This document shows positions 9,900-22,630 of a stretch of DNA of 64,000 bases, piece after piece (position 1 is the first letter of the stretch; every line of letters starts with the position of its first letter). The notes beneath the pieces were generated by a model. It saw only the letters and a program-made list of their open reading frames with translations, was not told the DNA's origin and did not search any database. The position numbers and the translations under genes are program-made. The stretch is from Myxococcota bacterium (GTDB taxonomy: Bacteria; Myxococcota_A; UBA9160; UBA4427). The stretch is from contig OZ252299.1 in the NCBI GenBank assembly GCA_965250285.1, positions 4,832,001-4,896,000 of the forward strand, written 5' to 3'.

Positions 9900-10742
9900 C
9901 TACCTCGGCGCCGTCGGCACGGGCCGCACGAGCAGCTGCGCGCTGCCGCTTGCGAGCAGCCGACCGCCTTCGTCCCAGACCCGACCCCGCGTCCCCACCA
10001 GACCTTCCGTCGCGATCGGCGCCTCGCTCTCGCAGAGCAGCAGCTCAGAGTCGCGCGCGGAGCGATGGAACTGCACCGCGACGTCGAGACTCGGCGCCAT
10101 GAACCCATGCTCTTCGACGTAGGGGCCATTCGCGGCGGGCCAGCCGTTCGTATCGATCAACAGCAACGAGCGCGCCGCGTCGGTGAACGGACAATCGAAC
10201 GTCGCCCGCGGTGCAAAGCGGTGCCAGCAGCGAAACGTAGGAGGTCGCGCGGCCCGGTCCTCGGGCGGTCGCCAATCGGGGGACCAGCGATCGAAGTTGG
10301 CCCAGAACGCATGCTGCTCCCCTCCCCAGCGCTCGGTCAGCACACGCGACTCTTCGAGCTCGCTCACCGGAGGCACATCGGGCATCGGAGCGAAGTCGTG
10401 CTCCATGCGCGGCGTGTCGTCGTCGACATCGGGCACCGTCCAGACGAGTGCCGTCAGGAGCAGACGCTCGCCCTGTCGCAGCTCGACCGACAGCGCCTCG
10501 GCATTGCGACCGCGGCGCAGCAACCGCACGGCGATGTCGACCGGCTCGAACCGGCCCGGCGCGAGAAACTGGCACTTGAACGTCGCTGGGCGAGGAAAGG
10601 CGCTCTCGGCGCCCGCGGCGCGCAGCGCGACCGAAGCGATGTAGCCGCCATTCGGTCCCCAGATCGCCCAATCGTCGACGAGACAGGCGTCGTACTTGCC
10701 GTCTCGCCCGCTGACACGGGTGTCTGCTTCGAAATCACCCAA
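9900..10742 (-). CDS. Acyl-CoA thioesterase (TesB-like double hotdog)
   Basis: WGPNGGYIA, LRRGRNA, APSLDVAVQFH and VWDEGGRLLASGS. Start TTG 10742 inferred. Confidence 0.85.
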   Translation of the reverse strand: MGDFEADTRVSGRDGKYDACLVDDWAIWGPNGGYIASVALRAAGAESAFPRPATFKCQFLAPGRFEPVDIAVRLLRRGRNAEALSVELRQGERLLLTALVWTVPDVDDDTPRMEHDFAPMPDVPPVSELEESRVLTERWGGEQHAFWANFDRWSPDWRPPEDRAARPPTFRCWHRFAPRATFDCPFTDAARSLLLIDTNGWPAANGPYVEEHGFMAPSLDVAVQFHRSARDSELLLCESEAPIATEGLVGTRGRVWDEGGRLLASGSAQLLVRPVPTAPR

Positions 10743-10913
10743 CGTCTCGTGCTCCCAGTGGGCGCGCGTCCGTCTGGAGGCGGCAGCATACCCGGTGACG
10801 CGACCGAGCGTCACGCACGGCGCTCGAAATTTTCGTAGCCTATCGCGGTCGCTGGGTGCCTCCCCGTACGCGCCCACGCCGCGACCGAGTTCGACCGACC
10901 AGGAGACCCCCCC

Positions 10914-11363
10914 TTGGCCACGCGCAAGAGCGGCAAACGCGAGAAGCGGAATCGGAAGAAGGGCCGGCGCAAGAGCCTCGGATCCGACAAGTCGGGCCGC
11001 GACACGAAGCGACGCAGTGGAGACGCGCGCGCATCGAATCGGCCGGTCATCGCAGGCGATGCCGAGACCACGCGCGGTTGGGCCGTGCTCGCCGAGCTGC
11101 TCGGCAAGCGCGCAGGCATGCGCGTGCTTTGGGAGCTTCGCGGCGCTCCGCTCAAGTTTCGGGCGCTGCAGGAAGCGTGCGACGGGCTCTCACCCAGCAC
11201 CCTGAACCAGCGACTCTCGGATCTGCGCGAAGCACGCCTCGTCGCCCTCGAGGATCGCCAGGGCTACTGCCTGACGCCCCAGGGAGAAGAGCTCGTCGAG
11301 CTGCTCGCACCCGTGGCGGGCTGGGCCGACGGCTGGTCACGCCGCCGCGCGCAGAAGCGCTGA
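10914..11363 (+). CDS. HxlR-family winged-helix regulator with basic N-terminal extension
   Basis: ELLGKR..MRVLWEL, FRALQ..C.GLSPSTLNQRL.DL and GYCLTPQG. AGGAG RBS. Confidence 0.85.
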   Translation: MATRKSGKREKRNRKKGRRKSLGSDKSGRDTKRRSGDARASNRPVIAGDAETTRGWAVLAELLGKRAGMRVLWELRGAPLKFRALQEACDGLSPSTLNQRLSDLREARLVALEDRQGYCLTPQGEELVELLAPVAGWADGWSRRRAQKR

Positions 11364-11400
11364 CCCGAGCCCCGCGCGGCGCGCCCGTTGCCCGATTCGG

Positions 11401-13284
11401 CTACGAGCCCTCGCCGAGAAGCTTCTCGGCTCGCAGCCGGTTCACCCAGTCGACGATGGGCGGCACCGCTTCGTTCTCGGCGGCCGACACGACGTCGAGG
11501 TGTGAGTAGCCCTCGATGATGACGATCTCGACGTCATCGCTGGCCGTCGACTGCGTGTAGTTCGCGAACGAGACCTCGGTGGGCGTCAGGCCGTTCGACC
11601 CCCCGATGCCCAGGATCGGCACGTCGACCGTGGCATGCTGGGTGACGTTGAGCAGGTCGGGGCGACCGAGCGCGCTCGAGTCGCGTCCGAAGCGGAAGTC
11701 GAGCCCCGGGCGACCATCGACGAAGTACCACTCACTCGCGTTGCCGTTCTCGTAGAGCGTGCGAATGAACGTGTCGATGTCGGTCACCTCGCGCTCGACA
11801 CCCCAGAGGCTCGGCGGATCGGTCGGGCCCGGTCGCGGACCGTTGTCGATCACCGCGCACCCGGGCGCCATGTCGGCCGGCGCCGGGAAGGGCGGCGGCG
11901 CGATCGGCGGACACGCGAGCGCGTTCGGTGCAGCGGGGTCGAAGCGGGGGTCGTCGTAGTTCACCCAGGTGCGCAGCACGCCCTCGTTGACGGCAACCAG
12001 AAAGTTGCCCGGCAGGAACGCGGCGAAGGGGTTCACCGCGTTCGAGCCGTTCGCGCTGAAGCCAAAGCTCGCGCTGAACGCCGCGTTCGTGCTGAAGTCG
12101 TCGTCGAGGAAGAAGCCGGGCAGCGCGCGGTTCGTCATCGGCGCCGCGAGCAGGAGGTTGACCGGGATCCCGCCGAACAGCGGGGTGCGCTGCAGCAGCG
12201 AAGGCGCTTCGGGCTGGAACGACGCCGCGAGCCCGTTCAGCTCACCGGCCCCACCGAGGTTCACGGCGTCGATGAAGCCGAAGAGGCTCGTCAGGAAGAC
12301 TTCGTTGTCGCATGCGCCCGTCGGATTATCGCACTCGGGCGTCGCCGGATCCTGATCGACCAGGAAGAGCTCCGTCCCGTCGGCGAGATCCTGCACCGCG
12401 GCGAGGTACTCGGCCTCGGTGGGCAGCGTCGAGCTCGGCCCGCGCGTGCCGCCGCCCTCGAGCAGCAGCAGGCCGTCGACCAGTGAGTGACCGGCCTCGA
12501 CGCCGGGACCCGCATCGAAGTCGTAGGCGGCGAAGAGCCCCATCCACGTCGTGCCGAGAGAGTGGCCCCCGAAGAGCACGAGCCCGTCGTCGCCGACGAT
12601 CTCACGGGCCGCGAGCACCAGCTCTCGCCAGTCGCGCACGTAGGTGTCGACGCCCCAATGGGCCGAGAAGCGCAGGTCGTCCTGCGCGAGGCGTTGGAAC
12701 GACGAGTCACCATCGCCCGGCACCTGGTCGGGCAGCTCGAAGGCGCCGTCGGGGTTGCCGTCTTCGTCGAGATCCGAATCGGGGAAGTAGAAGCGAATGC
12801 CCTCGGCGAGCGCCTGCGTCACCGCCGCCTCATCCCCTGCGATGCGGCCGGCTGCGGCGCCGAGCAGGGCATGGGCGCCACCGCGTCGATCTTCGAGCTG
12901 GTTCGAGCGCCGGTTCACCGCCCAGACCTCGAGCGCACCGCCGTAAGCGCGCACGAGATCGCGAGCGAGCGGATCGAAGGTGCTGCCACCGCCGAGGAAC
13001 CCCGGCACCAGAATGACGATGGTCTTCGGCGCCGAATCCTCGGCGCTCGTGCGCACGTAGTGCACGCGGTTCAGGTCGGGCGACGCGCCCAGGATCTGCT
13101 CGATGGGACCGTTCGGCGGCAGCACGAACTCTTCCGGCGCACCCGAGCCAGGCGTGTGCGGCTCGAGGTAGCCGGCCCGGTCGTCGAGCGACTGGTTGAC
13201 CCGGAGCGTGCCGTTGCACTGCGAGACGCCGAGACTCGCGACGGCGACGAAGAAGAGAGCGACGATCGAGATGGCGCGGGTCAT
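11401..13284 (-). CDS. Secreted alpha/beta hydrolase (lipase/esterase-like)
   Basis: Signal peptide, LVPGFLGG, nucleophile elbow GHSLG and C-terminal GYSHLDV. Confidence 0.8.
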   Translation of the reverse strand: MTRAISIVALFFVAVASLGVSQCNGTLRVNQSLDDRAGYLEPHTPGSGAPEEFVLPPNGPIEQILGASPDLNRVHYVRTSAEDSAPKTIVILVPGFLGGGSTFDPLARDLVRAYGGALEVWAVNRRSNQLEDRRGGAHALLGAAAGRIAGDEAAVTQALAEGIRFYFPDSDLDEDGNPDGAFELPDQVPGDGDSSFQRLAQDDLRFSAHWGVDTYVRDWRELVLAAREIVGDDGLVLFGGHSLGTTWMGLFAAYDFDAGPGVEAGHSLVDGLLLLEGGGTRGPSSTLPTEAEYLAAVQDLADGTELFLVDQDPATPECDNPTGACDNEVFLTSLFGFIDAVNLGGAGELNGLAASFQPEAPSLLQRTPLFGGIPVNLLLAAPMTNRALPGFFLDDDFSTNAAFSASFGFSANGSNAVNPFAAFLPGNFLVAVNEGVLRTWVNYDDPRFDPAAPNALACPPIAPPPFPAPADMAPGCAVIDNGPRPGPTDPPSLWGVEREVTDIDTFIRTLYENGNASEWYFVDGRPGLDFRFGRDSSALGRPDLLNVTQHATVDVPILGIGGSNGLTPTEVSFANYTQSTASDDVEIVIIEGYSHLDVVSAAENEAVPPIVDWVNRLRAEKLLGEGS

Positions 13285-13862
13285 CGGGCGCTCCCTTCAC
13301 GGCGAACGAGGCCGAACGTGGCGAGGCCGAGCGCGACGAGCAGGCCGGTGCTCGGCTCGGGAATCGCCGCCACGATCGAGACATCGACGACGCCCTGCGC
13401 GCTGCCGGTGTCGATCTGGAAGGCCGTCTCGAGACAGGCAGGACTTGCGCCGCACGCCGCCGACGGACCGAACGTGCCGGCGACGTCGATGAGCGTGAGC
13501 GGCAGCGCATCACCGAGGCCGTCGACCACGACGAAGAGCGCCGGAATCAGGAACGTGCCGTCGGCGCGCAGCAGGCCGAGGCCCGGGTTCGCGAGCGAGC
13601 CGTCGAGGCCGACGCTCAGACCGCCGCCCATGGCCGACAGGCCCGTCACGTCGAAAGAGCGGTTCTCGCTGGCCGGGCCATCGCCGATCGCCAGATCGAT
13701 GTCGCCCGAGAGCGCTTCGCCGCCGACCGAGCTCTGAGCCGGATCGAGGAACACCGTGACCGGGGCCGCGAGCGCGGAACCTGCGGGGATCAGCAGCCAG
13801 GCGGCGGTCAGCAGCAATCGTAGGAGAAGGGGCGGACGGGCGAGCGAGCAGCGGGAGCGCAT
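13281..13862 (-). CDS. PEP-CTERM sorting-domain surface protein
   Basis: N-terminal signal peptide and C-terminal IPEPSTGLLVALGLATFGLVRR. Confidence 0.88.
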   Translation of the reverse strand: MRSRCSLARPPLLLRLLLTAAWLLIPAGSALAAPVTVFLDPAQSSVGGEALSGDIDLAIGDGPASENRSFDVTGLSAMGGGLSVGLDGSLANPGLGLLRADGTFLIPALFVVVDGLGDALPLTLIDVAGTFGPSAACGASPACLETAFQIDTGSAQGVVDVSIVAAIPEPSTGLLVALGLATFGLVRREGSAR

Positions 13863-14098
13863 GGCGGTGGAGTCCTCTCGGCGTGTTGCGAGGCAGCAGG
13901 GCCTTGGAGCGTGTGGCTCGGGCTACGCCATTGTGTCAGTCGAAGGCCGGCTGTGGCAAGCGGCGAATCGAGCCGCCCGCACCGCGGCGGCTGCGCAGGC
14001 CGGCTCGAGGCCCTCCGCTACAGTCGGCGTCTCGATCGAGCCCGCGCACCCCCCACCTCGGGGAGTGCGGCGGGCCTTCGTGCGTGGTGTCGCCGCAA

Positions 14099-17671
<3,573 letters not shown>

Positions 17672-17821
17672 CGTGCCTCGATCTCACCTGCGCTGAGCGA
17701 TCGAACGCGGGGTGTGTTCGCGCCTGATGGGTCGCCTTCGTTGTTGCGCATGCATGAGGTCTCAAGACACGGCGCAGGCGCTCCGATCCCCCCCTTGTCC
17801 CCCGGCTCCGTGACCCGACCG

Positions 17822-18703
17822 ATGCCGACTTCGTTCACACCCTCGACGACCTCTCGACGCGGCGCTCTCATCGGCACCATCGCCGTCTTCGCGTGCGCCC
17901 TCGCCGTCGCCGTCGCCGAGCGCAGTGGCGCAACCACGTCGACGATCCCGGCGCAGGTGCGCGCGGTCCACCAGCTGGCCGACCTCCGCGCCAACGTCGA
18001 AGCCTTCTGCGCGACCCTCGTCGAGACCGCCGAGGCGACTGCCCGGGTCGCCGACCACCCCACGCTCTCGAAGCTCGATGCGACCGCCCGGACGCGCTGG
18101 CTCGCCGAGATCCGCGGTGCGTGCGAGCCCGATGCTGCGACCGAGCGACATCTGCGGGCGTTTGCGGTCGGCTACGACCCCGATTCGGCGCGCGCAGTCA
18201 CCGACTGGTACGCGTCCGATCCGGGGCGACGTCTGCTCTTGCTCGAAGCAGCCGCCGGTGAGACCGACTGGGAGAGCGAGGTCTCACCCTTCATCGATCG
18301 GCTCACCCGCGAGCCGGTCGACTTGGAGCGCGTGAAGCTCTTCGAGCGGATCGACGCGGCTCTGCAGACCACCGAGGACGCGGCGCAGCTGCAGGTGGGC
18401 ATCGGCGAGATCCTGACCTTCGCGGCCCAGCCGTTGCTGCCCGAGCGCGAACGCACCGATTCAGCCGAGATCGAGCAGGAGCTGGCGGCGATGCGCGTAC
18501 AGATGGCTCAGCAGCTTCGCCAGCAGCAGTCGGTGATCTTCATGTTCGTGTACCGCGACGCGAGCACCGAGGAGCTCGAGGCATTTGCCGCCTTCGCTGA
18601 GTCACCGGGCGCGCGATGGCTGAACGCGAGTCACCGCATGGCGATGCAGCGACTCGTCGTCGAGCTGCGTCAGGAGATCGTGGCCCGCCTTGGCGGCGCC
18701 TGA
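17822..18703 (+). CDS. Exported helical hypothetical protein (DUF2059-like repeats possible)
   Basis: Signal-like N-terminus; two similar segments WYASDPGRRL and FAESPGARW; coding-like codon usage. Confidence 0.6.
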   Translation: MPTSFTPSTTSRRGALIGTIAVFACALAVAVAERSGATTSTIPAQVRAVHQLADLRANVEAFCATLVETAEATARVADHPTLSKLDATARTRWLAEIRGACEPDAATERHLRAFAVGYDPDSARAVTDWYASDPGRRLLLLEAAAGETDWESEVSPFIDRLTREPVDLERVKLFERIDAALQTTEDAAQLQVGIGEILTFAAQPLLPERERTDSAEIEQELAAMRVQMAQQLRQQQSVIFMFVYRDASTEELEAFAAFAESPGARWLNASHRMAMQRLVVELRQEIVARLGGA

Positions 18704-19726
18704 TCAGCGCGATCCGGCCACCGGCTGGCTGGCCCGTCGATGCGGCGATGGCCGCGTCGCGGAGGGTCGAGACCGGGCCAACGTGGTCGACGGAAGCTCG
18801 CCGAACTGCCGGCGATAGTCGGCCGCGAGCTGCCCCATGTGGCGGAAGCCGTGCTCGGTCGCCAGGTCGACGATGCGCGCCCGTTCATCCGAGTCGAGCA
18901 GAGCCTTGCGCAGCGCGTCCAACCGGATCGCCTTCAAGAAGTTCTGCGGCGTCACCTCGAGGCGCTCGCGAAAGGCGTAGTCGAGCGTGCGCCAGCTCGC
19001 GCCGCTGGCTTCACGCATCCCTTCGACCGTCGGCCGTTCGCCCCCTTGGTCGAGCGCGTATGTGCGGGCTCGTTCGAACGCGAGATCACGCAGTCGCGGC
19101 GCGGCGGGGGGCGATGTCTCTCGGGGCGCTCCACCGATCGACAAGAGGAGCTGGGGCAGACTTCGCGTGAGGCGCTCGCAGCAGGCGTCCAGGTCGGATC
19201 GTGATGCGTCGACACTCCGCGGCAGGCCCGCCAGCAGCGCGCGAAGCGCAGTCAGCTGAGCCGATTCGGCGCGCGACACGCCGACCGCGCGCACCCGATC
19301 GAAGCGATCGGATCGCCCCAGGGTCGCGGCGCAGCTTTCGAGGAGCTCGTCTGCGAGCGACATCGTCCAGACTCCGAAGCCCGGACGCGAGCTGGCCTCG
19401 AACCCGTCTCGCTCGGAGAACACGGCGAACTCGGCGTCGGAGAACGGGCGACCGCACCAGTGGACACCGTCGGTCCCTGGATCGAGCACGGCGAACGTGC
19501 GCATGCCGACCGGGCTCTGCCCCTGCTGATCGTAGGCACGTTCGAAGCGTGCCCGCGTCACCAGGACGCCGGGCGCCGAGATCTGGACGAGCTCGGCGGG
19601 TGAATCGCCCGCATCGACCTGACGGAACTCGAGCGACCACCCGCTGATCGACTCGGCGAACGCGTCGTAGTCGGGAAACCGGGCCGATGCGATCTCGACA
19701 TCACGCGTCGAAACGTGCGCAGCCAA
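18704..19726 (-). CDS. AraC-family (EutR-like) transcriptional regulator
   Basis: C-terminal SWRTLDYAFRE..TPQNFLKAIRL..HGFRHMGQLAADYRRQFGELPS. Divergent from the sulfatase operon. Confidence 0.9.
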   Translation of the reverse strand: MAAHVSTRDVEIASARFPDYDAFAESISGWSLEFRQVDAGDSPAELVQISAPGVLVTRARFERAYDQQGQSPVGMRTFAVLDPGTDGVHWCGRPFSDAEFAVFSERDGFEASSRPGFGVWTMSLADELLESCAATLGRSDRFDRVRAVGVSRAESAQLTALRALLAGLPRSVDASRSDLDACCERLTRSLPQLLLSIGGAPRETSPPAAPRLRDLAFERARTYALDQGGERPTVEGMREASGASWRTLDYAFRERLEVTPQNFLKAIRLDALRKALLDSDERARIVDLATEHGFRHMGQLAADYRRQFGELPSTTLARSRPSATRPSPHRRASQPVAGSR

Positions 19727-19776
19727 CGGATGCCTCCCTAGACGCCAGGGTGTGCGCAGCCAACGGATGCCTCCCT
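19715..19776. repeat. Perfect 25-bp direct repeat (period 37) duplicating the AraC RBS and TTG start
   Basis: GTGCGCAGCCAACGGATGCCTCCCT at 19715-19739 and 19752-19776. Confidence 0.95.
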
Positions 19777-19968
19777 GTTGCGAATCATCGATGTCTGTCG
19801 AGGGAAGAATGCCTCATCATCCCCGGGGTCCCCATCTCGAATGCCGCTCGCCCCCAGAAAGCGCACGGCGAAGCGGGACTGGATGGGACGATGCGCCGCG
19901 CGTCGGCGTACGGTCGAATCGGCAGCGGCTCGGGGACGGGTCGCTCCTCGAATCAGGGAGGCCTCCGA

Positions 19969-21684
19969 ATGAGCCAGCGACTGATCTGGATCACTGTCCT
20001 CGCGGCCGTGCTGATGCACGGCTCCGCGAGCGCGAAGGACGTCGTGCACGACGCCGAGTTCTACGTGCTGCAACAGCAGCACCAGGAGCGCTGGGCGACC
20101 GAGGACGCTGAGCTGGCCGCCAAGATCGCCGAGCTCGAGGCGAAGCACGGCACGCGACCGAACATCATCTACCTGCTCTGGGACGACACCGCCTACGGGG
20201 CGGTCGGCTATCCGGGCCTGCAGAAGAACTTCGGCTATGAGACGCCGAGCATCAATCGCATGGCCGAAGAGGGCATCAACTTCGCGCGGATGTACACCGA
20301 GCCTTCGTGCACGCCGACGCGGGCCGCGATGCTGACCGGTCGCCATCCGGTGCGGCACGGGATGGGGGTCGTTGGCATGCCCCACGAGTTCTCGGGGCTG
20401 CGCGAAGAAGAGGTGACGATCGCCGAAGTGCTCTCGAAGGCCGGCTACGCGACCGCCTTCTATGGCAAGGGACACCTCGGCGACATCGAAGAGAGCTACC
20501 TGCACAACCAGGGCTTCGACGAGGCGCTGTTTACGCCCATGAATCAGATCACGTCGCTGTACAGCCCGCAGGGCAACGCGGTCAACGCGGTGCTCGGGCT
20601 GTTCCCCGAAATCTATCCCCCCGACCCCTACGCCCTCGACGATCCCGGGCTCGTGCCGGCGGGCTGGGTCATGAACATCGAAGGCAAGAAGGGCGAGCAG
20701 GGGCGCGAGTGGTGCGGCAACTCGAACGAGTGCTTCGAGAAGCTCGACGACGAAGCCGAGAAACGGACGCTCGCCTTCATCGAGCGCAACGCTGCCTCGA
20801 AGCAGCCCTTCTTCGTCGCCTTCTGGCCCAACATGCTCAACTTCCTCTCGCCCGAGATGCCCAAGAAGACCGTCTCGGGTCTCAAGGTGCCGGGCGCGCT
20901 CTCGGTGCTCGACGCGCGCATCGGCCGCATCATGGACAAGCTCCAGGAGCTCGGCATCGCCGAGAATACGCTGTTCGTCGCGATGGCGGACAACGGACCG
21001 ATGGTGCATAGCCCGCCGGCCGGCTGGGGCATGCTCCCGATGATCTATCGCGGCGGAAAGGGCGACTTCACGGAAGGCGGGGTCCGGACGCCGGCCTTCG
21101 CTTGGTGGCCGGGGACGATCGAACCGAACCAGGTCGTGGGCGACATCATCCACGTCACCGATCTCTATACGACCTTCGCGCGGGTGGGCGGCGCGACGCG
21201 CCACATCCCGACCGATCGTGTCGTCGACGGCATCGATCAGACGGCGCTGCTGCTCAAGGGAGACACGTTCAGCCGCCGTGACTTCGTCTTCATCTACGCG
21301 GGCCATCAGCTCGGCGCAACGGTCAAGGGTCGATACAAGCGGCACTGGATCGGTGCAGGGGACGTCGCGGCTTCGGGCATGCCCGAGGCGTACTTCGACC
21401 TCTACATGGATCCGCGCGAAGAGAATCCTCAGCTGGTTCCGCTCATCCACACGCAGGGTCAGTTCAACAAGATGCGGGCGCGTCACGAGCTGATGAAGAA
21501 GAAGTATCCCGACAAGCCCAACGGCAAGGGCATCCCCTACACCGGGCTCTCGAACGCGCGACCCGAGACGACGGCCATCGCGGAGCGAATCGAGGCGTTC
21601 ATCGACGCCACGCCCATCAAGTTGAACGACTATCTCGAGTACCACGCGCCCGGCAGCGACGCCGTGGGCGATTGGGGCCACTGA
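19969..21684 (+). CDS. Secreted Cys-type arylsulfatase
   Basis: Signal peptide, PNIIYLLWDD, SCTPTRAAMLTGR (CxPxR), GKGHLG, ADNG and RGGKG..EGGVR. GGGAGG RBS. Confidence 0.93.
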   Translation: MSQRLIWITVLAAVLMHGSASAKDVVHDAEFYVLQQQHQERWATEDAELAAKIAELEAKHGTRPNIIYLLWDDTAYGAVGYPGLQKNFGYETPSINRMAEEGINFARMYTEPSCTPTRAAMLTGRHPVRHGMGVVGMPHEFSGLREEEVTIAEVLSKAGYATAFYGKGHLGDIEESYLHNQGFDEALFTPMNQITSLYSPQGNAVNAVLGLFPEIYPPDPYALDDPGLVPAGWVMNIEGKKGEQGREWCGNSNECFEKLDDEAEKRTLAFIERNAASKQPFFVAFWPNMLNFLSPEMPKKTVSGLKVPGALSVLDARIGRIMDKLQELGIAENTLFVAMADNGPMVHSPPAGWGMLPMIYRGGKGDFTEGGVRTPAFAWWPGTIEPNQVVGDIIHVTDLYTTFARVGGATRHIPTDRVVDGIDQTALLLKGDTFSRRDFVFIYAGHQLGATVKGRYKRHWIGAGDVAASGMPEAYFDLYMDPREENPQLVPLIHTQGQFNKMRARHELMKKKYPDKPNGKGIPYTGLSNARPETTAIAERIEAFIDATPIKLNDYLEYHAPGSDAVGDWGH

Positions 21685-21701
21685 CGGAAGGAGACCTCGC
21701 G

Positions 21702-22550
21702 ATGAGACGCAGCACGCCTCGCTCGATTTCGGCGCTGTCGGTCACCGCGGTGATGATCGCGGCCTGCCTCGCCCAGCCGCCGTCCGCGCAGGCCTGGGAT
21801 TGGCTGACCGGCCCGTCGATCTTCGATGAAGAGGGCGAACGCGACTGGGGCTTCGAGCTCGTGCCCTACCTCTTTCTGTCGGGTCTCAACGGCGACGTGT
21901 CGCCGCCGGCCGGCACCGGCACGATCCCGGTCGACGCGAGCTTCGGCGACCTCGCGAGCAACCTCGATGCGGCCTTCGCGGGGTTCCTCGACGTCCGTTA
22001 CCGGCGCTGGCACTTGATGTCGGACAACTTCTGGGTGCGCCTGAAGGCCGGGCAGTCCGTCGAGATCACCGACCCATCGCCCCCGCCGCCGGCGATCTCG
22101 GTCGAGACCGACGTCCGGCTCGACAGCGCGTTCGGCACGCTCGCCGCAGGCTACGAGCTGCCACTGGGCATGCCCTTCGCACTCGACCTCTACAGCGGTG
22201 CGCGGTGGTGGTACGTGAAGAACGAGGTGTCGTTCGTGCCCTCGTCGAGCGGGGCGGGCAACCCGAGCCCGTTCGCCGGCGCGTTCAGCGACTCGTGGTG
22301 GGACGGCATCGTCGGGCTCCGCTGGCGACTGCCGATCACCGAGAAGTGGCGGGTCGCGGCCTACGGCGACATCGGCGCCGGTGCGGCGAAGCTCGACTGG
22401 TCGGCGGGCGCGCACGTGACGTGGAACCCGCTCAACTCGGTGGGTCTCACCCTCGGCTACCGCGTGCTCGGTGTCGACTACGACCGCGGCGGCTTCGTCT
22501 ACGACGTGCGCATGAACGGCCTGCTGCTTGGGCTCAACTTCGCGTACTGA
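21702..22550 (+). CDS. Outer-membrane beta-barrel protein
   Basis: Signal peptide, W.F.LVPYLFL, WWDGIVGLR, GDIGAG, LGYRVL.VDY and aromatic C-terminus LNFAY. Confidence 0.75.
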   Translation: MRRSTPRSISALSVTAVMIAACLAQPPSAQAWDWLTGPSIFDEEGERDWGFELVPYLFLSGLNGDVSPPAGTGTIPVDASFGDLASNLDAAFAGFLDVRYRRWHLMSDNFWVRLKAGQSVEITDPSPPPPAISVETDVRLDSAFGTLAAGYELPLGMPFALDLYSGARWWYVKNEVSFVPSSSGAGNPSPFAGAFSDSWWDGIVGLRWRLPITEKWRVAAYGDIGAGAAKLDWSAGAHVTWNPLNSVGLTLGYRVLGVDYDRGGFVYDVRMNGLLLGLNFAY

Positions 22551-22630
22551 CCACGGCTCGCTCGCTCGCGCACCGACGCCAGACCTACACCCGGGCCGCC
22601 GCGATGCGCGCGCCCGATCAGGAGAACCTC

